Program-made: the position numbers and the translations under genes
Shown here: positions 10,458 through 18,755 of the stretch, piece after piece
Layout: every line of letters starts with the position of its first letter
How positions within the stretch are numbered: position 1 is the stretch's first letter
Assembly (NCBI GenBank): GCA_007376405.1
Contig: VMGD01000005.1
Coordinates: 2,372 to 66,371, forward strand
Direction of reading: 5' to 3'
Source: Microgenomates group bacterium Gr01-1014_7
GTDB taxonomy: Bacteria > Patescibacteriota > Microgenomatia > Daviesbacterales > UBA10151
Length of the DNA stretch: 64,000 bases
The notes under the pieces: generated by a model
The model's input: only the letters and a program-made list of their open reading frames with translations
Told to the model about the DNA's origin: nothing
Database searches by the model: none

Positions 10458-11461
10458 CGTGAAAGAAGAGCTATCCAAAGACCAAAGATGGCAAAAAGTC
10501 CTTGGGCCAACCAAAACCTGGTGACTATTTTGGACTCCTCCCATCCAATATATTTAAAGTACATATGGACAGGGGTAATCGGCAAAATTTTCCTATGTAA
10601 AAATTTTTTGGACAGAATCTGAAAAAGTGATGAGGCAGCAATAATTACAAACATACCTCCAATAATTGCCAACGCCAAAATTTTACCTGTTAGGAGTCCC
10701 GCCACAGCCAGAGTTGCCCCAAAAGCCAAACTTCCCGCATCCCCCAAAAAGATCCTGGCCGGCCAGATATTGAAATAAAGAAATGCAAAAAGGGCACCAA
10801 TCCAAATTCCAATAAATGAGGCAAGAGTTAAGTCTAGCGACCTGGAAGAAAGCGCCAAAAAGGCAAATAAGCAAATAAGCAAAAGTCCCGCTGCTAAACC
10901 ATCCAGCCCGTCTGAAATATTATAAGCATTGGCAAAAGAAATAATAATGAAAGCAGCCAGTGGGATATACCACCCGCCAATTATAAAATTTCCCAAACCT
11001 GAAATGTAAATATTGTTTAGTCCACCCCACAGGTATAACATCCCCCCAATTGACAGCGCCAAAAGTGATTGTATAAAAAGCATCCTCCTTCTACTTAAAC
11101 CGAAAAATTTTCCTGTCCTTTTGGTAATAATAGATTTAATATCATCAGTAAGCCCCAGGAGTCCGAATGAAGCCAAGCTGAGTAGCAGTATTTTTAAGCT
11201 AATTTTATCGGGAGTCCCACTAAATATTCCGTATCCTGCACTTAAAATAATCAGTATCAAGATAATTAAAATACCTCCGCCAGATGGGGTTTTTAAATCT
11301 CCTTTCATTAACTGATCATGTATTGGTGTTTCTGATTTTTTAAAATCTTGCAATTTTTTTTGAAATCTTCTTTTCAGAAAATAGAGCAGTTCAATAAAAG
11401 GGACCATAAAAACGCAAGTCACTGCAAATGATAATAGAACCAGACCCAGCAGTTGTGACAT
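10454..11461 (-). CDS. mraY: Phospho-N-acetylmuramoyl-pentapeptide transferase
   Basis: KTPSGGG, DD, NAYNISDGLDGL, FLGDAGS. Confidence 0.95.
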   Translation of the reverse strand: MSQLLGLVLLSFAVTCVFMVPFIELLYFLKRRFQKKLQDFKKSETPIHDQLMKGDLKTPSGGGILIILILIILSAGYGIFSGTPDKISLKILLLSLASFGLLGLTDDIKSIITKRTGKFFGLSRRRMLFIQSLLALSIGGMLYLWGGLNNIYISGLGNFIIGGWYIPLAAFIIISFANAYNISDGLDGLAAGLLLICLFAFLALSSRSLDLTLASFIGIWIGALFAFLYFNIWPARIFLGDAGSLAFGATLAVAGLLTGKILALAIIGGMFVIIAASSLFQILSKKFLHRKILPITPVHMYFKYIGWEESKIVTRFWLAQGLFAIFGLWIALLSR

Positions 11462-11462
11462 A

Positions 11463-12662
11463 CTAGCCTTTCTTAGCTATTCTCCTTACAACTTCATCCA
11501 ATCTTAGTGCACGGGAACCCTTAATTAAAACCACATCTCCTTTTCCCAAATTTTTTAATAATTTGCCTACAATTTGGGAATTTTGCAAATTAGACTCAAC
11601 TCTTTCTTCCCAAAAACCTAAACGATTTAGTTCATCAGCAATAATTTGGGCATCTCCCTGACCCAAAAAACATAAATCAATTTTTTCCTTAAATATTTTC
11701 CGGGCAACTTGCCGATGCAACTCGTCCGAATATTTACCAAGCTCCCTCATCTCGCCCAAAACCAAAACCCTTCTTCTGGCGCTTATTTGCAAAAGAGTAT
11801 CTATTGCCGCCTCAACCGCATCAGGGGATGAATTGTAAGTATCATCCAAAATTATAGAGCCGTTAGGCCCGCTAACAGCCTGCATGCGGTGTTGGGATGG
11901 CTCCATCTTCTCAAGTGCCAGCTTTATTTTGGTCAAAGGTATATCATTAACTACTCCCAAAGCCGCAGCAGCCAAAGCCGGATAGATAAAATGTAAACCT
12001 AACAGTTTAAAATTTACCTTAACTCTTTCAACTCCGAAATTTAACTCAAAACTGGTTTTAAAATCCTCAATTTTAATATTACCCGCCCAAACTGTGCAGT
12101 TCTCCTGATCTGTTCCAAAATAAAAAATTGCCCCCTTACATTTTTTTGCCAACTTCCTGCAAGAGGGATCATCCCAGTTTAAAATAGCCACTCCATCCTG
12201 GTCTAACTGTTCGATAAGTTTCCCCTTTTCTTCAATTATTTCATCCAAATTACCTAGATATTCACTGTGAGCAAGGGAGATTTTGGTAAAAAGTACGGTT
12301 TTGGGTCTTACCAGAGAAAGATAAAAATCCATTTCTCCCGGATACTCAATTCCCATTTCAAGCAAAACTTTTTTTACTGTCGGTTTTACTTTCAAAATAG
12401 TTGAGGGGATATTTAAAATCGGGTCCAAATTAGGCAGGGTAGCCAGAGTCTTATATTTTTGTGATAACACAATACCTGCTGCCTCAGTACAAGTAGTTTT
12501 CCCCACAGATCCGGTTACCCCAATAAATATTTCCCTGGATAAGAGTTTGGCATATTGCCTGGCCAGATAAATTCTAAGTAGGTGCAGGGGTTTTTTAAGG
12601 GCGGGAATTTTAGTTTTGTAGGGAGTAAGCTGCTCCCAAATCGGATGAGAAACAATATCCAT
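11463..12662 (-). CDS. murF: MurF ligase (short N-terminus)
   Basis: GVTGSVGKT, LEMG, DDTYNSSP, LGEMRELG, LIKGSR. Confidence 0.9.
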   Translation of the reverse strand: MDIVSHPIWEQLTPYKTKIPALKKPLHLLRIYLARQYAKLLSREIFIGVTGSVGKTTCTEAAGIVLSQKYKTLATLPNLDPILNIPSTILKVKPTVKKVLLEMGIEYPGEMDFYLSLVRPKTVLFTKISLAHSEYLGNLDEIIEEKGKLIEQLDQDGVAILNWDDPSCRKLAKKCKGAIFYFGTDQENCTVWAGNIKIEDFKTSFELNFGVERVKVNFKLLGLHFIYPALAAAALGVVNDIPLTKIKLALEKMEPSQHRMQAVSGPNGSIILDDTYNSSPDAVEAAIDTLLQISARRRVLVLGEMRELGKYSDELHRQVARKIFKEKIDLCFLGQGDAQIIADELNRLGFWEERVESNLQNSQIVGKLLKNLGKGDVVLIKGSRALRLDEVVRRIAKKG

Positions 12663-12670
12663 AATGCCCC

Positions 12671-13936
12671 TTATTTTAACACTTCAATCTTTTTTATGTC
12701 TGCTCCCAGACTCAATAATTTCCCAACCACATCCTCATAACCTCTTTCAATCAGTTCTGCCTGATTGATCACGCTTTCCCCTTTGGCCACAAGAGAGGCC
12801 AAAACCAAAGCCATGCCGGCTCTTATATCCGGTGTTGCCAATTCCCGCCCTTTCAACCTGTCAGGACCATACACCAATACCCTGTGTGGATCTGCAATGG
12901 TAATCTTTGCTCCCATTGATATAAGCTTGTCAACAAAAAACATTCTTGATTCATACATCCAGTCGTGGCAAATCGTTACACCCCTGGACTGGGTTGCCAG
13001 CACAATTATTACACTCATCAAATCTGTCGGTAAACCGGGCCAAATATTGGTGGTAATCTTTGATGGAGATTTAAGTTTTTCGGCTGTTGCGAAAATAGCT
13101 TTGGCGCCGTGTTCTATCTTAATACCGAATCTTTTAAGAGGTTCCAAAACCGGATCCAAATCTGTTGAATCAATTCCGGAAACAATAATTTTCCCCCCGG
13201 TTATGGCAGCTGCCACCGCATAGGTTGCTACTTCTATATAGTCAATTCCAATTGTAAATTTCGTCCCTTTTAATTTTTTTACACCCGTAACTTTTAATGT
13301 ATCCGTACCTATCCCTTCTATTTCTGCTCCCATTTGCAAAAGCATTCTGCACAGATCAACCACGTGCGGTTCTTTAGGACAATTTTTTAAAATTAAACTT
13401 TTATCCCCCAAAACTGTTGCTAAAATTAGATTTTCACAGGCTGTAACAGATGATTCAGAAAGAAAAATATTGTACTCCCCTTCCTTTCCGCCATTAAAGT
13501 TTAGAGTAAATTTTACATCCTCCCTTTTCAAACTTGCCCCCAGAGCTTTAAACCCGTCCAGATGCGCTTCGATACTTCTTTGTCCTATTACATCGCCGCC
13601 CGGATGATAAAAATGAACTTTTCCTGCTCTTCCCAAAATAGCGCCTACCAAAACCATTGAACCACGCAGCTTAGTCATTAACTCTTTGGGTAAGGTGGCA
13701 GATTTCAACTCTTGAGCCTGCAGTTTCAGAGTTGATCCCGTCTTTACAACCTTTACTCCCAGTTTTTTCAAAATTTGTATTAAAACTTCTGTATCTCTAA
13801 GATCGGAAATATTTTCCAGTATGACTTCTTGGTCAGTTAAAAGAGCAGCAGCCACGCAAGGAAAAACCGAGTTTTTGTTCCCGGATATACTAATTTTTCC
13901 TTCCAGTTTCTTTCCACCAGTAATAATATATTTCAT
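12671..13936 (-). CDS. murA: UDP-GlcNAc 1-carboxyvinyltransferase
   Basis: ISGNKNS, PGGDVIGQR, WPGLPTDL, DIRAG, IERGYE. Confidence 0.96.
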   Translation of the reverse strand: MKYIITGGKKLEGKISISGNKNSVFPCVAAALLTDQEVILENISDLRDTEVLIQILKKLGVKVVKTGSTLKLQAQELKSATLPKELMTKLRGSMVLVGAILGRAGKVHFYHPGGDVIGQRSIEAHLDGFKALGASLKREDVKFTLNFNGGKEGEYNIFLSESSVTACENLILATVLGDKSLILKNCPKEPHVVDLCRMLLQMGAEIEGIGTDTLKVTGVKKLKGTKFTIGIDYIEVATYAVAAAITGGKIIVSGIDSTDLDPVLEPLKRFGIKIEHGAKAIFATAEKLKSPSKITTNIWPGLPTDLMSVIIVLATQSRGVTICHDWMYESRMFFVDKLISMGAKITIADPHRVLVYGPDRLKGRELATPDIRAGMALVLASLVAKGESVINQAELIERGYEDVVGKLLSLGADIKKIEVLK

Positions 13937-13938
13937 AG

Positions 13939-14523
13939 TTACACTTTTGCCTTTATCCTAAAAACAGCTGATAGAATTATATGCTTTTTGGGACTTAAGG
14001 CTTCAGATGAAACTTCTTCAATTTCAGATACAAGATCTAATACTTTAATACTTTTAACCCTTGATTGCAAAAATCTGCTCAAAAAAAGATTGCCTCCAAT
14101 ACTTCCGGGCATCCCCTTAAACTCAGTTGCTGCCAGACCTTGAGAATCCAAATACTCACAAAATTTGTTTATACTCACTCCGGAATCTACCTCAATTAAA
14201 GCCTCTTCCACGCCAATTCCAAATTTGGAAACTTTTCCTTTCACGGAGACAGTCTTGATATTTTTGGTCCTGTTTTTAATAACCAGTCCGGCAAATCCAT
14301 GATCGGAAATCAAAATTTTGCTGCCGGTGCCAAAAATAAAAAAGAGTAGTTTAAGTTGTCTGCACATCTCAATAATTTTGATAAGTTCCGGGACGGTGAA
14401 AGCTATAAAAAATAAAGAGACAGGCCCTCCCGCGTTTAAAGCGGTATAATCTCTTAAAGGCTCGTTAAATTTAAACCTGTCCTTGCCGAAAGAATCAATG
14501 ATTAGTTTGTACTTGCTATCCAT
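13939..14523 (-). CDS. murB: MurB-like protein, FAD-binding domain only (194 aa)
   Basis: EPLRDYT..AGGP, GTGSKILISD.G, GMPGSIGG; C-terminal MurB domain absent. Confidence 0.7.
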   Translation of the reverse strand: MDSKYKLIIDSFGKDRFKFNEPLRDYTALNAGGPVSLFFIAFTVPELIKIIEMCRQLKLLFFIFGTGSKILISDHGFAGLVIKNRTKNIKTVSVKGKVSKFGIGVEEALIEVDSGVSINKFCEYLDSQGLAATEFKGMPGSIGGNLFLSRFLQSRVKSIKVLDLVSEIEEVSSEALSPKKHIILSAVFRIKAKV

Positions 14524-15748
14524 TCAATACCTTTTCTACAGCTTTTCTATCTGACCAGGGGATCTCTTGTTTCCCGTCTAAATTCATAGAATTCTCATGC
14601 CCTTTACCAAAAATCCCAATAACATCGCCCTTTTTTGCCAGCTTATTTATGGCAAAATTTATAGCTTCCTGCCGATTTTCAATGATGAAACATAGCTCCT
14701 TTAAAACTCCTCCAGCTTTTTTAATACCTGTTAATATTTGTTTATTAATTTCTTTTATTTGTCCCCGCGGGTCAACAGAGGTCACAATAACAATATCGGA
14801 AAGTTTTTGGGCAATCTCCCCCATCATTGCTCTTTTCCCAACATCTCTAAAACCTTCACAACCAATTAGTGAGATCAGTCTCCCCCGATGACTATCGGGG
14901 GAGCGTAAAGTCTTCAAAGCTTGTTCCAACCCATTAGGAGTATGGGCAAAATCAATAAAAATTTTAATGCCACGATTGTTTTTAACCTCCTCCATTCTTC
15001 CTGTTATGCCTTCAAAATTCTCAAGTGCTTTTCGGGCAACTGTTTTATCAATTCCCAACACAAAGGCAACAGCCATTGCCGCCAAAGCATTTTCAACATT
15101 GTATTCTCCCGGAATCTTAAGTTTTAATCTGGCCTCTTTTTGATTTAAATCTCCCTCTATCAAACCAAAAGTGACAACTTTGTTGTCATCCTGAGCGAGC
15201 GTAGCGAGTCGAAGGATCTCTTGATTTAGTACAGCATGCTTTACACCTTTAATAAGTTTTATCTTAGTATTAAAATAGTTCTCAAAAGTTTTGTGATAAT
15301 CCAGATGCTCATGGGTAATATTGGTAATAACCCCGACATCAAATTTTATACCCCAGAATCTGTATTGATCCAGAGCATGCGATGTTACTTCAAGAATTAA
15401 ATACTCGTCCCCGTTATCTGCTGCCTGCCTGGCAAATTTTTGGATCATAAATGGATCAGGGGAGGTAACATGAAATCCTGTGTCATAAGATTTACCTCCG
15501 ACAACAACATTTATAGTTGAAACCATGGAAACTTTTTTACTTGCCTCGCCGCTAGGCGGGCCGGCAGCTTTTAGAACCTGATAAATCATATTAACTGTGG
15601 TGGTTTTTCCGTCAGTCCCGGTCACCCCGATCACCTTCAATCCCCTGGTGGGGGAGCCATAAAAAACATTGGCCAAAATAGCCCGCGGCAAATGATAAAA
15701 ATTATTAATTGCGCTCTGTGGAAAAAGTGAACGTAATAGATTTTTCAT
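14516..15748 (-). CDS. murE: MurE ligase
   Basis: GVTGTDGKTTT, LEVTSH, TNITHEHLDYH, DFAHTP, GKGHE. Confidence 0.94.
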   Translation of the reverse strand: MKNLLRSLFPQSAINNFYHLPRAILANVFYGSPTRGLKVIGVTGTDGKTTTVNMIYQVLKAAGPPSGEASKKVSMVSTINVVVGGKSYDTGFHVTSPDPFMIQKFARQAADNGDEYLILEVTSHALDQYRFWGIKFDVGVITNITHEHLDYHKTFENYFNTKIKLIKGVKHAVLNQEILRLATLAQDDNKVVTFGLIEGDLNQKEARLKLKIPGEYNVENALAAMAVAFVLGIDKTVARKALENFEGITGRMEEVKNNRGIKIFIDFAHTPNGLEQALKTLRSPDSHRGRLISLIGCEGFRDVGKRAMMGEIAQKLSDIVIVTSVDPRGQIKEINKQILTGIKKAGGVLKELCFIIENRQEAINFAINKLAKKGDVIGIFGKGHENSMNLDGKQEIPWSDRKAVEKVLNG

Positions 15749-15845
15749 TTGAAGCTAATTATAGCAGAAGTCTATCCAACCTCAATCAGGCAACCTGGGG
15801 TGTTGTACACCCTTAGGGTGGGTTAGCTCGACACCCTTAGGGTAT

Positions 15846-15938
15846 TCACTCACTTGGTGCTATTTTGTAGTAGGTAAAAAGTTCTTTGGCTATTTCAGTA
15901 AAGAAATGAATGTATAACCTGGGAAGTTCTTGTTTCAT
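15846..15938 (-). pseudogene. 30-codon ORF/remnant whose 3' part is a diverged copy of the ftsI C-terminus
   Basis: MKQELPRLYIHFFTEIAKELFTYYKIAPSE* vs FtsI end TFFEIARELFSYYKIAPTE*: 14 of the last 18 aa identical. Confidence 0.8.
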
Positions 15939-15985
15939 TTAACACCTGACAGTTTACTGTTAAGTATTTTATGTAACTATACAAA

Positions 15986-16017
15986 TGACAAGATAGCGCT
16001 ATGGCGTAATAATGTCC
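15986..16017. promoter_or_regulatory. 32-bp imperfect palindrome, copy L (operator/promoter-like)
   Basis: TGACAAGATAGCGCTATGGCGTAATAATGTCC, 26/32 identical to 16721-16752; the minus strand reads TGGACA-N17-TATCTT. Confidence 0.75.
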
Positions 16018-16022
16018 AAGAC

Positions 16023-16718
16023 TTAAACTCCGAAAAACTCCTTGAATAGTTTATCATTCTCAATTTTAGAAATGCTAAAAATTCTCACATATTCAACAAC
16101 GCCTAAATATGCTCTTAAAAATTCGACCTGTTTTTCACAGGGATAAGCATGTAAGTAAACACTTTCATGCAAAGGATAAAATCCCCAAGCTTTTAAATAT
16201 TCCTGTAAAATCCTCCTTATAGTTTTGAAGTTAGTAGGTATATCATAACTTACCAGCGTCCATTTACCATCCCAAAATTTTGGTTTCTCAACTGCCAGCT
16301 CATCAATAGCAAATTTCAAGATCTTTCGTTGTCCAGCTCCTGTAATCTTTATAGTCTGTATTCCGCTCTCTTCAGAAATTTCTACAAGCTTTTGACTCTC
16401 AAGTCTCCTTAAGGTTCGTTTTAAATTAGGTATATTAAATCTTTTCCATATTTCATATTCCTTCTTCCTTTGATTATTCAAAAAAGGTTTTAACGCCAAG
16501 GGTAAATTTGGCATAATTACCGATGCAGCAACAAAAACACCCATTCCTACAAGCTTTAACACATCTGCTGTACGGGCATACTTATCAGTAAAATTTTCCC
16601 AATCTATTTGTTTCGTTAGGGTTTTAGAAATATCTCTAAAAAGGGCTTCCGGTATATTTGTCACCAAATCTTCTATACACACCTTTTGCTTTCTAGTTTT
16701 TAATTTCTCAAAAGGCAT
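16023..16718 (-). CDS. PaaX-family-like regulator (winged helix + Cas2-like central domain)
   Basis: LKRTLRRLESQKLV..IKIT.AG winged helix; WDGKWTLVSYDIP...LKAWGFYPLHESVY resembles the PaaX central/Cas2-like domain. Confidence 0.8.
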   Translation of the reverse strand: MPFEKLKTRKQKVCIEDLVTNIPEALFRDISKTLTKQIDWENFTDKYARTADVLKLVGMGVFVAASVIMPNLPLALKPFLNNQRKKEYEIWKRFNIPNLKRTLRRLESQKLVEISEESGIQTIKITGAGQRKILKFAIDELAVEKPKFWDGKWTLVSYDIPTNFKTIRRILQEYLKAWGFYPLHESVYLHAYPCEKQVEFLRAYLGVVEYVRIFSISKIENDKLFKEFFGV

Positions 16719-16720
16719 AC

Positions 16721-16753
16721 TGACAAAATAACGCTATGGCGTAAGTTTGTCAA
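16721..16753. promoter_or_regulatory. 32-bp palindrome, copy R, coinciding with the promoter of the PaaX-like gene
   Basis: TGACAAA-ATA-ACGC-TATG-GCGT-AAG-TTTGTCA; the minus strand reads TTGACA-N17-TATTTT-N6-ATG. Confidence 0.8.
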
Positions 16754-18451
16754 CTATTCTGTTGGAGCTATTTTGTAGTAAGAAAAAAGCTCCCTGGCTA
16801 TTTCAAAAAAGGTGGGAGCGGCGGTTTCGGCGCCGAAAATTGAGGCAGATGGCTGGTCAAAACGAACCAGCATAACAAATTTCGGATCATCAGCCGGTGC
16901 AAACCCGACAAAGCTGGCAATGGTTTTATTGGGATCATAATGTCCGGCCACCGGGATTTGGGCAGTGCCGGTTTTCCCTGCTACCTTAAATCCTTTTAGT
17001 TTTGTCCATTTTGCCTCTCCTTCCTCAATTGCCGCCACCATCATCTCGGTCATAATTTTGGCAGTTCCCTCTTTTACTACTTGCCTTATTATTTTGGGTT
17101 TTATTTCAAAGCTTTGCTTTTCATCTCTGATTTCTTTAACTATATGCGGTTCCATTAAATAGCCCCCATTGGCAATGGCTGAAACTGCCCTGACCATTTG
17201 GATGGCAGTCACGGCAATCCCCTGCCCAAATGAAGCGGTAGCCAGATCAATTTCTCTCCAACTGCCTTTGGCTCTCAAATCCGGAGATGACTCATCCTGC
17301 AAATCAATCCCGGTTTGACTCCCAAGGCCAAAATTCTCAAGATATTCATAAAATTTATCAAGGCCCAGTTTTTGTCCGGTAAATACCATACCGGTATTAT
17401 CCGAATGAATAATTACATCCTTCATTGTAGTATCAGGATAATATTTATTATTCCAGGTCCGGATTGAAAATCCTCCCAGCTGTATTGGACCACCGCATAT
17501 ATCACACTTCGTATCCGGCGCTACCTTATCCTCATTTAGCGCAGCAGACATAACCAACACTTTAAAAGTTGATCCCGGCTCAAATTGATCCGCCACGATT
17601 GGGTTTTTATAATATTCTTTTGGGAAATTAAAAAACTGAAGCGGATCATAGTTCGGGTATGAAGCCAGGGCTAAAATAGCTCCCGACTTAGGATCCATCA
17701 CCACGGCCGATGCAGCTTTTGCCCCGTATTTTTCCAAACCCTCCTTTAATTTCTGTTCAACAATAAACTGAATTGACCTGTCTAAATTTAGCGTTAAATC
17801 TTTGCCGTTTTTAGCCTCGGAATTCAGAAAATTCCCGATCAAAATAGGCAGACCCAAAGCATCCTTTTCGTGCCGTAGTAACCCTGAAACCCCTCTCAGT
17901 TCCCCATCAAAATAGCCTTCAACCCCGAAATACCCTTTGCTGTCACCCTTAGTGTCAGATCCGACAAACCCTAAGATGTGAGCCGAAGATGAACCCTCAG
18001 GATAAAATCTGCTACTGGATGTTTCAAACCCGATTCCGGTCAAACTTAAATCCTCAATCTCTTTCTTTGTTTCAAAAGAAATCTGCTTTTTCAAAGGAAT
18101 CCAGAATAAATCCGAGGAAAGTTTATTTATGAAATCTTTAGCTAAATCACCAACGCTCTCATCTTCTTCCGCCAAAATTTTAGCCAACATATAACCGGTA
18201 TTGGTCTTCTGTTCTTTTGTCAGGATTTTAGGTTGTCCAAAAAGTAAAAAAGAAGGGTTGGAAGATGCAAGGATAGAACCGTCGCTAAAATAAATATTGC
18301 CTCTTTTTGCCTGCACTTTAATATCGGTAAAGTGCTGTCCCTCGGCCTGAGCCTGCAAATAATCAGCCTTAATGATCTGCCAGAAATATAGTCTGGCTAA
18401 AATGGCTGCAAAAAAAATCAGAAAAAAAACTTTTATCCAGAAAATCCGCAT
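16754..18451 (-). CDS. ftsI: Class B penicillin-binding protein (FtsI/PBP3-like)
   Basis: KRGNI, EPGSTFK (SxxK), SDN (SxN), GKTGTAQ (KTG). Confidence 0.93.
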   Translation of the reverse strand: MRIFWIKVFFLIFFAAILARLYFWQIIKADYLQAQAEGQHFTDIKVQAKRGNIYFSDGSILASSNPSFLLFGQPKILTKEQKTNTGYMLAKILAEEDESVGDLAKDFINKLSSDLFWIPLKKQISFETKKEIEDLSLTGIGFETSSSRFYPEGSSSAHILGFVGSDTKGDSKGYFGVEGYFDGELRGVSGLLRHEKDALGLPILIGNFLNSEAKNGKDLTLNLDRSIQFIVEQKLKEGLEKYGAKAASAVVMDPKSGAILALASYPNYDPLQFFNFPKEYYKNPIVADQFEPGSTFKVLVMSAALNEDKVAPDTKCDICGGPIQLGGFSIRTWNNKYYPDTTMKDVIIHSDNTGMVFTGQKLGLDKFYEYLENFGLGSQTGIDLQDESSPDLRAKGSWREIDLATASFGQGIAVTAIQMVRAVSAIANGGYLMEPHIVKEIRDEKQSFEIKPKIIRQVVKEGTAKIMTEMMVAAIEEGEAKWTKLKGFKVAGKTGTAQIPVAGHYDPNKTIASFVGFAPADDPKFVMLVRFDQPSASIFGAETAAPTFFEIARELFSYYKIAPTE

Positions 18452-18458
18452 AGGAACC

Positions 18459-18755
18459 CTAGCGAATATATTTTATACTCTGTTGGGATGAAAAACCAAG
18501 TTGGGCGGATTTTGAAGATATATTAAAAAGTGAAGAATCTTTGGCAATCTCATTTTCCAGAATCTGGTTTTCCATCACCAGATTGGTCTGCAGAGCTGCC
18601 AGTTCTTCAAACTTTTCACCATAAACTACTACGGTATTACTAACCCAAATCTCAACTAAAGTTAAGACAAACAAAATTCCCAAAGTTAGTCCGATTATTT
18701 TTTTGGGAAATTTTCTTTTTGGTTCTTCCGGCTCAAACTTTTTAATTATAGTCAT
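18459..18755 (-). CDS. FtsL-like protein (TM + coiled coil)
   Basis: Single TM then coiled coil ending AQLGF; located between rsmH and ftsI. Confidence 0.6.
   Translation of the reverse strand: MTIIKKFEPEEPKRKFPKKIIGLTLGILFVLTLVEIWVSNTVVVYGEKFEELAALQTNLVMENQILENEIAKDSSLFNISSKSAQLGFSSQQSIKYIR

Noticed and set aside
16023-16718. Calling this gene cas2 / a CRISPR-Cas locus
   Set aside because: 231 aa with an N-terminal winged helix; no cas1 or other cas genes and no repeat-spacer array in the window; only two flanking repeats
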